Under the pieces are notes generated by a model. The model was not told the origin of the DNA. It worked only from the letters and a program-made list of their open reading frames with translations, and searched no databases. Made by a program: the position numbers and the translations under genes. A DNA stretch of 63,800 nucleotides, counting the filler. It is 6 parts of 6 records of this genome, joined end to end, with 100 filler letters (N's around TTAATTAATTAA, not from the genome) between each part and the next. Parts side by side here need not be neighbours in the genome. Positions count along the whole stretch, not along the records: positions 16,396 to 33,394 come from SRR31147125_8331; 5 more parts are not named here. One strand, given 5' to 3'. The number at the start of each line of letters is the position of its first letter. Position 1 is the first letter of the stretch. Positions 19,661 through 29,697 of the stretch are shown one piece after another.

Positions 19661-20413
19661 ATGACTAAAATAATTATTAGAGCAGATGATTTAGGATATT
19701 CTGAAGGTGTGAATTATGGCATAGCAAAAACAGTCATGGATGGTGTTGTTTCTAGTGTTGGTATAATGACTAATATGCCTGCAATCAAGCATGGATTAGA
19801 TTTATTAAAAGATCAAAAAGTTTGTTATGGACAGCATACCAACGTGTGTGCTGGCAAACCCCTATCTGATCCAAAACTTGTTCCAAGTCTAGTTGATGAA
19901 AATGGGTATTTTAAAACATCAAAAATCTATAGAGAGGCAACTTCTTCTTTTGTGGTTTTTGAAGAAGCACTCATTGAAGTTGAAGCCCAATACAACAAAT
20001 TTTTGGAATTGACTGGAGAAAACCCTCATTATATCGAAGGTCATGCAGTTTTTGATCCAATACTATTATCGGCTATTGAGACCTTCGCAAAACAAAAAAA
20101 TTTAAAATATTCGGGATTTTCTCCTGATGGTTCCCCTATTACTATAGGTAATACACGAGTAAAGTTTTATATGGAAAGTATGCATAACAATTACAATCCA
20201 TTGGACTTGCTTAAACGAATGATTAAAAATGATTTGGAGGATGATACTGTTCACATGTTTATTTCACATCCTGGATATTTAGATGCTTATTTATTGAATA
20301 CTTCTTCGTTGTTAAACCCTCGTGTATATGAAGTTGAGGCATTAACAAGTTCAAGTGCCAAAATGTTATTAAGTAGTCAAGATGTCAAGCAATTGACCTA
20401 TGATGATTTATAA
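19661..20413 (+). CDS. chbG: ChbG/YdjC-family carbohydrate deacetylase
   Basis: IIRADDLG, GQHTN, EGH, SHPGY. Confidence 0.85.
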   Translation: MTKIIIRADDLGYSEGVNYGIAKTVMDGVVSSVGIMTNMPAIKHGLDLLKDQKVCYGQHTNVCAGKPLSDPKLVPSLVDENGYFKTSKIYREATSSFVVFEEALIEVEAQYNKFLELTGENPHYIEGHAVFDPILLSAIETFAKQKNLKYSGFSPDGSPITIGNTRVKFYMESMHNNYNPLDLLKRMIKNDLEDDTVHMFISHPGYLDAYLLNTSSLLNPRVYEVEALTSSSAKMLLSSQDVKQLTYDDL

Positions 20414-20421
20414 AAATGCTT

Positions 20422-20456
20422 ATATGGTGCAATTTATGATAATTGCATCATATTTG
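20422..20456 (+). terminator. Stem-loop between chbG and ptsH
   Basis: ATATGGTGCAATT-N6-AATTGCATCATAT. Confidence 0.45.
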
Positions 20457-20479
20457 CTTAAGAAAGAGGTATATTACAT

Positions 20480-20737
20480 ATGATGAATTTTAAATACACA
20501 ATTAAGGACCCTATTGGTATCCATGCTAGACCTGCTGGAAAACTTGTTAAATTAGCAAATACATTTAATGCTAAAATTACTATAGAAAAAAATAATAAAA
20601 AAATAGAAGCAAATAAACTATTCGCATTAATAACACTTGGTGTTAAACAAGGCAATGATATATTAGTTACTATTGATGGCGAGGATGAAGAGCAAGCCTT
20701 TTCTGCAATTAAGCTCTTTTTTGAAGAAAACTTATGA
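20480..20737 (+). CDS. ptsH: Phosphocarrier protein HPr
   Basis: GIHARPA motif. Confidence 0.95.
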   Translation: MMNFKYTIKDPIGIHARPAGKLVKLANTFNAKITIEKNNKKIEANKLFALITLGVKQGNDILVTIDGEDEEQAFSAIKLFFEENL

Positions 20738-22419
20738 GCGCCCCTAAAACATCAATGAAAACAATAAAAGGTTTATCAGTATATAAACAAATTGGTTTTG
20801 GTAAATTGTTGTTTATCAACCATAAACAAAATGAAATAATCAATAATCCCATTGAAAATATTGATGCTGAATTACTTAGATTTAACAATGCAAAAAATCA
20901 AGCTATACAAGAACTAAAAAAATTATACTCTCAAGTATTGCTAGATAATGGAGAAGATACAGCGGAAATCTTTGAAGTGCATCAAATGATGATTCAAGAT
21001 GCTGACTATATCAATGATATTACTCATCTTATTAAAAATAATAAATCAAGTGAGTTTGCTATTTTAAATGTCTCTGAAAAACTACAAGAATCATTTTTAT
21101 CCATTGAAGATGAATATCTAAGAGCTCGTGCAGCTGATATTAGAGACATCAGTCAACGATTAATTAATATCTTACAAAATAAAACTATCTCATTTCCTGA
21201 CGATACTTCAAAGTTTATTATCGTAAGTGATGATTTGCTTCCAAGTGAAACACTTCATTTAGATTTAAATAGAATTGCAGGATTTGTGATGTTTGAAGGT
21301 TCAAATAGCTCTCATGCTGCTATTTTAGCAAGAATGAAAGAAATTCCGACAATCATCAAAACTGATTTGATTGATTTAAAATATGAAAAAAATGAAGCCA
21401 TCATCAATAGTGTTGATGGTGAACTATATATAAATCCCGATAAAACGACAAAGGATATCATGAAATACAACTATGATAACCTATACAAGAAGCAACTCCA
21501 ATTAAAAGAACTAAAACTTGTAACTACAAAAACTCTAGATGATGTAACTCTTAAAGTAATGGCTAACATATCTCAATCTAAAGATCTTAAAGCAGTCCTT
21601 AGTAATGGTGCTGAAGGTGTAGGACTATTTAGAACAGAATTTTTATACATTAATCGTAGTACTTATCCATCTGAGGATGAACAATTTGAGGAATATAAAA
21701 AAGTCCTACAAGAAATGAATGATAGACAAGTCATCATTCGTACAATGGATATAGGCACTGATAAAACAGCTGATTATTTTAAACTTCCCAAAGAGAATAA
21801 TCCAGCTTTAGGATATCGTGCAATAAGAATTTCTCTTGATAGGTCAGACATATTAAAAACTCAGCTTAAAGCTTTACTTAGAGCTTCTGTTTATGGTCAT
21901 TTAGGTATTATGTTTCCAATGATTACATCAGTTTGGGAAATAAAAGAACTTAAAGAACACTTAAAGAATGCTCAATTGGAATTAGAATCAGAGAGTGTTC
22001 CAATCGGAAATTATGAAATAGGAATCATGATTGAAACACCAGCTTCAGCTCTTATTAGTGATGATTTAGCAAAAGAAGTTGATTTTTTTAGCGTTGGTAC
22101 AAATGATTTAACACAATATACACTTGCTGTTGATCGCCAAAATGCAAAGGTTAATCAATATGAGAATCCAAAGCATAAAAGTATCTTAAGATTAATTGCT
22201 ATGGCTAGCGAGAATATCCATAAACATCCAAATAAATGGATAGGTATTTGCGGTGAACTTGCAGCAGATTTAGATTTAACTCCTTTCTTTATTAGTATTG
22301 GAATAGATGAATTATCTGTTTCACCTACTTACATACTTCCACTTAGAGAAAAAATATTGTCTCTAAACAAAACTGATTGTACTCAATTTGCTAAGAATAT
22401 ACTTAGTACATCCTATTGA
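20734..22419 (+). CDS. ptsI: PTS enzyme I
   Basis: SHAAILAR, GLFRTEF, ENNPALGYRAIR, SVGTNDLTQY, GICGE. Confidence 0.96.
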   Translation: MSAPKTSMKTIKGLSVYKQIGFGKLLFINHKQNEIINNPIENIDAELLRFNNAKNQAIQELKKLYSQVLLDNGEDTAEIFEVHQMMIQDADYINDITHLIKNNKSSEFAILNVSEKLQESFLSIEDEYLRARAADIRDISQRLINILQNKTISFPDDTSKFIIVSDDLLPSETLHLDLNRIAGFVMFEGSNSSHAAILARMKEIPTIIKTDLIDLKYEKNEAIINSVDGELYINPDKTTKDIMKYNYDNLYKKQLQLKELKLVTTKTLDDVTLKVMANISQSKDLKAVLSNGAEGVGLFRTEFLYINRSTYPSEDEQFEEYKKVLQEMNDRQVIIRTMDIGTDKTADYFKLPKENNPALGYRAIRISLDRSDILKTQLKALLRASVYGHLGIMFPMITSVWEIKELKEHLKNAQLELESESVPIGNYEIGIMIETPASALISDDLAKEVDFFSVGTNDLTQYTLAVDRQNAKVNQYENPKHKSILRLIAMASENIHKHPNKWIGICGELAADLDLTPFFISIGIDELSVSPTYILPLREKILSLNKTDCTQFAKNILSTSY

Positions 22420-22431
22420 AAGTGAATATCT

Positions 22432-23274
22432 ATGAAAAATCTTAAAAAAATTAAATTAATACTTTCTGATTTTGACCAAACACTAACAAATACTCAGAAT
22501 AAAATATCAGACAATACGATTACTAGCATAAAAAGATTTATTAATCTTGGTGGTATCTTCGGTATAGCTACCGGTCGTTCATTACCACTTATGAATAATC
22601 GTTTACCTGAATTAAAACTACATAATTACACTTTCCCATTAGTTACTTATCAGGGTGCAGTTATTGCAAATTCTAAAGGAGAAATCTATCAAGTAAAGTC
22701 AATGAAACACAAAACTGTTTTAAAGGTAGTGAAGTATTTAGAAGAAAATCGTCAATTATTTCACATAAGTACGCTTAAAAAAGTATATGCGATTGAAAAC
22801 ATAAAAACTATAAAATCTTTTGTAGATCCAGATGAGTTTTCTAACGTCTTCATATTTAAACCATCAATTTATAAATTTTTGTTATCTAACAAAAATCTTG
22901 AAGTTATTCAAATATCATTAATATGTGATCCAAATAAAACAGACATAGTACAAAATGATCTTAATCAAAGATTTAAAAGTGAAGTTTTATTTGTGAAATC
23001 TCATCCAAGAATTATTGAAAGTACTGAAATAACAACTAGTAAAGGTCATGCACTATCTTTCTTGTCTAAAGTATACAATCTTAGCCCTGATGAAGTATTA
23101 GTATTTGGTGATTCATTAAATGACTTATCAATGTTTGAAACCTCTGTTATCAAAGTTGCAGTGGAAAACGCATCACACATCTTAAAAGAAAAAGCTGATT
23201 ATATTTGTGGTTCTTGTGATGATTCAGGCGTTTCAACATTTATCAATCATATTTGTCAATTGAAAGAAACTTAA
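22432..23274 (+). CDS. Cof-type HAD-IIB phosphatase
   Basis: DFDQTL, ATGR, SKG, FGDSLND. Confidence 0.9.
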   Translation: MKNLKKIKLILSDFDQTLTNTQNKISDNTITSIKRFINLGGIFGIATGRSLPLMNNRLPELKLHNYTFPLVTYQGAVIANSKGEIYQVKSMKHKTVLKVVKYLEENRQLFHISTLKKVYAIENIKTIKSFVDPDEFSNVFIFKPSIYKFLLSNKNLEVIQISLICDPNKTDIVQNDLNQRFKSEVLFVKSHPRIIESTEITTSKGHALSFLSKVYNLSPDEVLVFGDSLNDLSMFETSVIKVAVENASHILKEKADYICGSCDDSGVSTFINHICQLKET

Positions 23275-23296
23275 TTTAATAAATAAACCTATTCCT

Positions 23297-23339
23297 AGTC
23301 CAAACATATCTTGTCATCAAGTATATTTTGGACTTTTTT
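23297..23339. terminator. Terminator between convergent HAD and cadA genes
   Basis: AGTCCAAA...TTTGGACT-TTTT. Confidence 0.6.
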
Positions 23340-23367
23340 AAAACAAAGTATTAACGAAATATCAATA

Positions 23368-25446
23368 TTACTTATGATTTTTTACATATAATAACCGCAT
23401 AGCATTTAATACCGCAATCAAAGAGACCCCCACATCAGCAAATATAGCCATCCACATGTTTGCATAACCAAATGCACCAAGTATAAGAACAAGCGCTTTG
23501 ATTCCTAGTGCTAATACAATATTTTGAATGACATTGCGATCTGTATCTTTTGATACTTCTATGGCATCTATCAACTGTGATGGATGATCATTTACAATGA
23601 CGACATCACTTGCTTCTATCGCAATGTCACTGCCTAGAGCTCCCATAGAAAATCCAAGATCTGCAGATATTAAGACCATGGCATCATTAACGCCATCACC
23701 AATAAATGCTACTTTTTGGTTTGCTGCAATTTCACATATAATATCAGCTTTATCTTGAGGACTCATTTGTGCATATACATCATCAATACCCAGAGAACGT
23801 GCAACATCAAATGCTACTTTTTCTTGATCACCAGTCACCATAGATACTTTTTTATGGTGTTTTTTTAAGTATGCAATCGTTTGTTTACTATCACTTTTTA
23901 TTTCATCTTTTAATACAATAGTACCGATGTGCGCTTTGTTTTTAGCCACATATACAATTAAACCACTTGATGATACATCTTGTAATGGGATATTTTTATC
24001 TTCCATTAACTTTTTATTACCTACAACAATATCATCATTTTGATATCGTGCTGATATACCTTTTGCAACATGTTCTTTAACATCAGTTAATAAACTTGCA
24101 TCTAATGTTTGATCACACGCAGAAACTATAGATTTAGCAATTGGATGCGTTGATTGCATCTCTAATAAAGCTGCTAGATATAAGATATCTTCTTTGCTTT
24201 CATGACTATAAATGTGTTCTATGTCAAAACTACCTTTTGTTAATGTTCCTGTTTTATCAAAAACAAAATGATCAATATTTTTTATCATTTCTAAATCACT
24301 GCCACTTTTTACAAGCAATCCCTTTTTAGATGATAAACCAATACCTGCATAAAAAGATAGCGGAATCGATAATACGAGCGCACATGGGCAGCTAATAACT
24401 AAAAAGATCAGCGCACGCTGTGCATATATATGAAATTCACTTACATAAGTCACATCATTTAAAAAATGAGTGATCAATGGTACAACAAATGCTAAAAACA
24501 ATGCAGCAAAAACAACAATCGGTGTATAATATTTAGCAAATCGAGTCATAAACTTTTCAGCTTTTGCTTTTTTCATACTTTCAGATTCAACAAAATCTAT
24601 CATTTTTTGCAATGAAGAATCTATAAATTTATTTACAACCTTAACTGTTACTGCATGTGTTAAATTAATGACTCCTGCAGGCAAGTCTTGATTGATAAAA
24701 CTTTCAACTGGAAGCGACTCACCTGTCATTGTGCTAAAGTCAAACGTAGATTCTCCTTCAATAAGGCAAGCATCAGTGGGTAATTGTTCCCCTGGTTTAA
24801 TCAATAATACATCGCCAACTTTTAATTCATCAGGATGCGTATCAATGATATGATCGCTTTCAATAACATGTGCGACTTTTGGTTTAAGATCTAAAAGCGA
24901 CTCAATATTTTTTCTAGATTTTTGTACTGCTACATCTTGAAAATATTCACCAATTTGATAAAAAATCATCACTGCTAATGCTTCAATATACTCACCTAAC
25001 AATAAAGCACCAAAAGTAGCAATTGTCATCAATACATGTTCATCAAATAAATTTCCTCTAAATAAATTTTTGAAAGCTCTAAAAACAATCTTATAAGAAA
25101 CTAATACATAACTTAAAAGCATTGAAACCATATAAGCTATTTCAGATTGCAAGAAAAATTCAGTGATGACTGCGCATAAGATACCGCATACCATGAATAC
25201 ATATGATTTATCAAATTTAGCTTTAACTGTATCATTACCAACATAGATCACAGTATCTTCATGGATAGACTTAGCGACTTTATTCAATATGTTTAATGAT
25301 AATTCCTTATCACTTTGAATGTAGACTTTAGATTTTGCAAAATCTACTTTTGCTTGATGGACATCTTCGCATTGATTAAGAGCATCTTCAATCTTTAGTG
25401 CACAATTCGCACAATCTATGTCTTTAACGTTATAAGATGTCTTCAT
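23368..25446 (-). CDS. cadA: Cd/Zn/Pb-translocating P1B-type ATPase
   Basis: DCANC metal-binding domain, TGES, CPC, DKTGTLT, HP, GDGVND. Confidence 0.93.
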   Translation of the reverse strand: MKTSYNVKDIDCANCALKIEDALNQCEDVHQAKVDFAKSKVYIQSDKELSLNILNKVAKSIHEDTVIYVGNDTVKAKFDKSYVFMVCGILCAVITEFFLQSEIAYMVSMLLSYVLVSYKIVFRAFKNLFRGNLFDEHVLMTIATFGALLLGEYIEALAVMIFYQIGEYFQDVAVQKSRKNIESLLDLKPKVAHVIESDHIIDTHPDELKVGDVLLIKPGEQLPTDACLIEGESTFDFSTMTGESLPVESFINQDLPAGVINLTHAVTVKVVNKFIDSSLQKMIDFVESESMKKAKAEKFMTRFAKYYTPIVVFAALFLAFVVPLITHFLNDVTYVSEFHIYAQRALIFLVISCPCALVLSIPLSFYAGIGLSSKKGLLVKSGSDLEMIKNIDHFVFDKTGTLTKGSFDIEHIYSHESKEDILYLAALLEMQSTHPIAKSIVSACDQTLDASLLTDVKEHVAKGISARYQNDDIVVGNKKLMEDKNIPLQDVSSSGLIVYVAKNKAHIGTIVLKDEIKSDSKQTIAYLKKHHKKVSMVTGDQEKVAFDVARSLGIDDVYAQMSPQDKADIICEIAANQKVAFIGDGVNDAMVLISADLGFSMGALGSDIAIEASDVVIVNDHPSQLIDAIEVSKDTDRNVIQNIVLALGIKALVLILGAFGYANMWMAIFADVGVSLIAVLNAMRLLYVKNHK

Positions 25447-25804
25447 TGTGTGCCTCTTTCAAATGCGTTAATGATAAATCAAAGATTTCATGAACGTGTG
25501 CATCTGCAAGTGAATAAAATCTAGTTTTTCCATCTTTTCTCATTTTGACCAGTTGATTATCCTTTAATGTTTTTAATTGATGCGATATAGCACTTTGCGT
25601 CATATTAAGTATCACTGAAATATCACAAACGCATAGTTCATGAAATTTAAGTGCAAATAAAATTTTCATGCGTGTTGGATCGCTAATTGCTTTAAAAAAT
25701 CTACTTAGTTTTTCAGTCATCCCTGACTCTATAATTTTTGATTGTACTTCAATAACTGTGTCTTTATGTACAGATATTGTTTCACACAAATATTTATTTT
25801 CCAT
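25430..25804 (-). CDS. ArsR/SmtB-family metal-sensing repressor (CadC/ZiaR-like)
   Basis: ELCVCD, SAISHQL, and alpha5 site DAH...HLKE. Confidence 0.92.
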   Translation of the reverse strand: MENKYLCETISVHKDTVIEVQSKIIESGMTEKLSRFFKAISDPTRMKILFALKFHELCVCDISVILNMTQSAISHQLKTLKDNQLVKMRKDGKTRFYSLADAHVHEIFDLSLTHLKEAHNEDIL

Positions 25805-25818
25805 ATTCTACCTCTTTC

Positions 25819-25846
25819 ATGTGAATACATGCTCATATATTCATAT
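25819..25846. promoter_or_regulatory. SmtB/CadC-type operator
   Basis: ATGTGAATACATG-CT-CATATATTCATAT, an imperfect 13-2-13 inverted repeat just upstream of the repressor. Confidence 0.8.
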
Positions 25847-25863
25847 AATAACATACACATATG

Positions 25864-25893
25864 AAAAAAGCAATGAGAGACCATCGCTTTTTT
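25864..25893 (-). terminator. Intrinsic terminator after the GH1 gene
   Basis: Minus strand AAGCGATG-N6-CATTGCTT-TTTT. Confidence 0.65.
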
Positions 25894-25939
25894 CAGGTAG
25901 GAGAATATATAAAATGAATCATCGCTTGCACTGTGATGT

Positions 25940-27238
25940 TCAAATTTTATTTTTAATCATATTTTGATACATATAGTAACTATCTTTTGGATATCTTTTT
26001 AAATCTTTATAATCAACATATACGATTCCAAAACGTTTTGTATAACCAAAAGCCCATTCGAAATTATCCATTAAACTCCATACATAGTAACCTTTGATGT
26101 TAAGTTTTTCCTTGTTATCTAAGATTAACTGAAGATGATTTTTAATGTATAATGATCTTTCGATATCGTTGACTGTACCATCTTTTAATACATCATCAAA
26201 TGCTGCCCCATTTTCAGTGATATAAATATCTTTGTCAGTATAGTTTTCTCGTACATATTCAATGACATGGATGAGTCCCATCGCATGTACTTCCCAACCC
26301 ATAGCTGTAAGAGGATACCCTGTTTCAATATGCTTAAATTTAAATGGACTATCCTTATCATATGCAACTGTATGATGCGTATAATAATTAATACCTAAAT
26401 AATCTGTTTGATTTTTTAACGCTTTGACTTCATCTAAATCAATAAAAGATGTATCAACGCCATTTTCTTGTAGCAGTGTAAACCATAATTTTGGATAAAC
26501 ACCCTTAAACATAGGACTTAAATACATATCATTAAAGAATAATGCTGAATAAGCCATGGCTTCTTGATCTTGCTTACTATCAGATGCGAGATATTTATAC
26601 CATAAATTAAAGACAATACCAATTTCTTTATGATATCTTGCTTTATAAAATTGATAGACCGCTTTATGTATCATTAAGGTATAATATTGCGCTCTCGCCA
26701 TTCTGCCTAAGTCTTTGACAAACGGCGCATGTGCACCATAATAGTAACCAACCACACTGACACACCAAGGTTCATTAATGGTTGCCCAAGCTCTAACATA
26801 TCCATCAAATTCATCAAACATCTTCGTTGCATATGCTAGGAAGTAACTCACTATGGATGGATCATCAAAACCAACACCCATTTCATATAACCACTTTGGT
26901 TGATCCCAATGGTAGAGTGTCACATCAACTTGAATACCTTTATCTTTTAAGATTTTAAATACTTGATGATAAAAATTAATACCTTCTTGACTAAATGTAT
27001 GCTTAGTCGGTTGTATTCTTGCCCAAGATATACTCATTCGATAAACATCAACATCTAGCGCTTTAATAAGTGCAATATCGTCTTCATATTTTTGATAGAA
27101 ATCACATGCAACATGACAATTTGATTGATCATCAATTTTATCTTCATGGTCATCCCAAATCGTTTTAAATTTTTGATGTGTTCCTTCGATTTGATAGGCA
27201 GCAGTTGCTACACCAAATAAAAATTTCTTATCTTCCAT
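25940..27238 (-). CDS. GH1 beta-glucosidase
   Basis: AYQIEG, TLYHWD, NEP, ITENG, DNFEWAFG. Confidence 0.94.
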   Translation of the reverse strand: MEDKKFLFGVATAAYQIEGTHQKFKTIWDDHEDKIDDQSNCHVACDFYQKYEDDIALIKALDVDVYRMSISWARIQPTKHTFSQEGINFYHQVFKILKDKGIQVDVTLYHWDQPKWLYEMGVGFDDPSIVSYFLAYATKMFDEFDGYVRAWATINEPWCVSVVGYYYGAHAPFVKDLGRMARAQYYTLMIHKAVYQFYKARYHKEIGIVFNLWYKYLASDSKQDQEAMAYSALFFNDMYLSPMFKGVYPKLWFTLLQENGVDTSFIDLDEVKALKNQTDYLGINYYTHHTVAYDKDSPFKFKHIETGYPLTAMGWEVHAMGLIHVIEYVRENYTDKDIYITENGAAFDDVLKDGTVNDIERSLYIKNHLQLILDNKEKLNIKGYYVWSLMDNFEWAFGYTKRFGIVYVDYKDLKRYPKDSYYMYQNMIKNKI

Positions 27239-27239
27239 A

Positions 27240-29660
27240 TTAAATATAACAAATCACATGATATTCACTTGCGTTTTGATCATATGAAATTACTTTCTCT
27301 TGTTGAAGTTTCCCATTAACAAGCATTTGACCTGATTTATGTTCATCTCTCTTAAAATCAATATGATATATTTGATTTCTAAATACTCTAGTAATCTTAA
27401 CATCATCGATTTCTTTTGTTAATACCGGATTAATTTCTAAACCTTTTAAATGTGGTCTAATACCTAATATATGTTGACTCACTGCAATGAACGTCCATGA
27501 AGCTGTACCAGTTAACCAACTATTTCTTGCTGTCCCATAATTTTTAGCTGCACGGCCCGCGATGGTTTGTGAGTAAACATATGGTTCCGTTTTATGAATT
27601 TCACTTTTATCTTCGATATATGCTGGCGCATTTCTTTTATATAAATCAAAAGCACCTTCTGCATCACCAACAGTTGTATATCCAATAACAACCCATGGAT
27701 TATTATGACAGAATACACTACCATTTTCTTTATATCCTGGAGGATAAGATGTAATTTCACCTAATTCTAATTGATAAGAAGTATACGGTGGGTATACAAG
27801 TTCAACACCAAAATCATTTTTTAAATATTGATCTGTACTTTGAAGTGCTTTTATACCAACTTCTTTTCCGCCAATTTCAGCCATAGTACAAAAACCTTGA
27901 GGTTCAACAAATATCATACCTTCATTATTTTCTTTACTACCAACTTTTGTGCCATTCGCATCATATGCTCTTAAATACCAATCGCCATCCCAACCGTCTT
28001 TCATAACAGCTGATGACATATCTTCAATTGCATTTTCTACGTTTTTCGCTAATTCATTTCGATTTGTTGCATAACATAAATCAACAAACTCTTTACCATA
28101 TTTAACAAACATACCCGCAATAAATACACTTTCTGCAACACCTGATTCTTTATTTTCAGTTGTTTGGAAAGATTCTCCAGGCACTTCTGAATAACAATTT
28201 AGATTAAGGCAATCATTCCAATCAGCTCTACCAATTAAAGGCAGGCCATGTGGTCCTAAATTATTCATAGTAAATTCAATACTTTTATATATATGATCAA
28301 ATAGTGGCACTTCACTGCCGATGACATTATTGAAAGGTACCATTTCATCTAAAATACTAAAATCACCAGTTTCTCTTACATAAGCAGAAACCGCACCAAC
28401 AAGCCATAATGGATCATCATTAAACCCACCACCTAAATCACTATTTCCTTGTTTTGTAAGTGGTTGATATTGATGATACGTTGAACCATCAGGCAGTTGA
28501 ATAGACGCAAGATCAATAATTCTTTCTCTTGATCTTTCAGGAATCATATGAACGAAGCCTAAAATATCTTGACAACTATCTCTAAAGCCCATTCCACGGC
28601 CCATACCTGACTCAAAATAACTCGCTGAACGACTCATATTAAATGTTGTCATACATTGATATTGATGCCAAATGTTAACCATTCTATTAAATGTATCATC
28701 ATTTGATGATACTTGATATTTAGATAATGTGTTTTCCCAAAATAAACTTAATTGGTTAAAAGCATTTTCTACTTTATCGACATGATTATATTTTTCAAGC
28801 AGTGCATATACTTTTTCTTTGTTAATGACATCCGGTTGAACAAATTTTTTATCCTTGTCATTTTCAATATACCCAAGTTGATATACATAGCTGACAGTTG
28901 CTCCTGGTTCTAATGAAACATTAAGTTGAAGACTTGCAATCGGTGAACCACCACTTGCTAAACTATTTTTACTTTTTCCTTCGCTCACAACTTCTGGATC
29001 ATTCCATCCGCGATATGCGCCAAGGAATGCATCTCTATCAGTATCAAAACCATTTAATTCTTTGTTGACATGATAATATGCGAAATGATTTCTTCTTTCT
29101 CTATATTCAGTTTTATGATATACAGTACTGCCTTCTACTTCCACTTCACCAATATTTAAGTTTCTTTGAAAGTTACTTTGATCATCTACTGCATTCCATA
29201 AAGCAAATTCAACCATACCATATAATTGAACGTCTTTTTGTTTATCACTTTCATTTTTAAGTGTGACAACGTGCAGTTCAACACTATCATCTTGGGGAAT
29301 AAAGTATTTAACTGATGCTTCTAATCCATTTTTTTTACCTGTGATGATGGTATATCCCATACCATGTTGGCAACGATAATCATCAAGTTCTGTTTTCATT
29401 GGTAAAAACCCTGGATTCCATGTATCTTTACCATCTTTAACATAATAATATCTACCACCAAAATCAGTTGGTACATTATTGTATCTATATCTTGTAATTC
29501 TTCTTAGTTTAGCATCTTCATAGAAAGTGTATCCACCACCTGTATTAGATACTAAGCCATAGTAACCATTAGTCCCTAGATAATTAATCCATGGATTAGG
29601 TGTTAAAGGGTTTGTTATGACATATTCTTTATTTTTGTCATCAAAAAATCCAAATTTCAT
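27240..29660 (-). CDS. cbpA: Cellobiose phosphorylase (GH94)
   Basis: Starts MKFGFFDD.NKEYVIT after a GGAG RBS; RRITRYRYNNVP, RGMGFRDS, ADWNDCLNL, KENG. Confidence 0.92.
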   Translation of the reverse strand: MKFGFFDDKNKEYVITNPLTPNPWINYLGTNGYYGLVSNTGGGYTFYEDAKLRRITRYRYNNVPTDFGGRYYYVKDGKDTWNPGFLPMKTELDDYRCQHGMGYTIITGKKNGLEASVKYFIPQDDSVELHVVTLKNESDKQKDVQLYGMVEFALWNAVDDQSNFQRNLNIGEVEVEGSTVYHKTEYRERRNHFAYYHVNKELNGFDTDRDAFLGAYRGWNDPEVVSEGKSKNSLASGGSPIASLQLNVSLEPGATVSYVYQLGYIENDKDKKFVQPDVINKEKVYALLEKYNHVDKVENAFNQLSLFWENTLSKYQVSSNDDTFNRMVNIWHQYQCMTTFNMSRSASYFESGMGRGMGFRDSCQDILGFVHMIPERSRERIIDLASIQLPDGSTYHQYQPLTKQGNSDLGGGFNDDPLWLVGAVSAYVRETGDFSILDEMVPFNNVIGSEVPLFDHIYKSIEFTMNNLGPHGLPLIGRADWNDCLNLNCYSEVPGESFQTTENKESGVAESVFIAGMFVKYGKEFVDLCYATNRNELAKNVENAIEDMSSAVMKDGWDGDWYLRAYDANGTKVGSKENNEGMIFVEPQGFCTMAEIGGKEVGIKALQSTDQYLKNDFGVELVYPPYTSYQLELGEITSYPPGYKENGSVFCHNNPWVVIGYTTVGDAEGAFDLYKRNAPAYIEDKSEIHKTEPYVYSQTIAGRAAKNYGTARNSWLTGTASWTFIAVSQHILGIRPHLKGLEINPVLTKEIDDVKITRVFRNQIYHIDFKRDEHKSGQMLVNGKLQQEKVISYDQNASEYHVICYI

Positions 29661-29697
29661 TTTGTTAATCTCCACATCATTGATTTTATTGGGTAAA

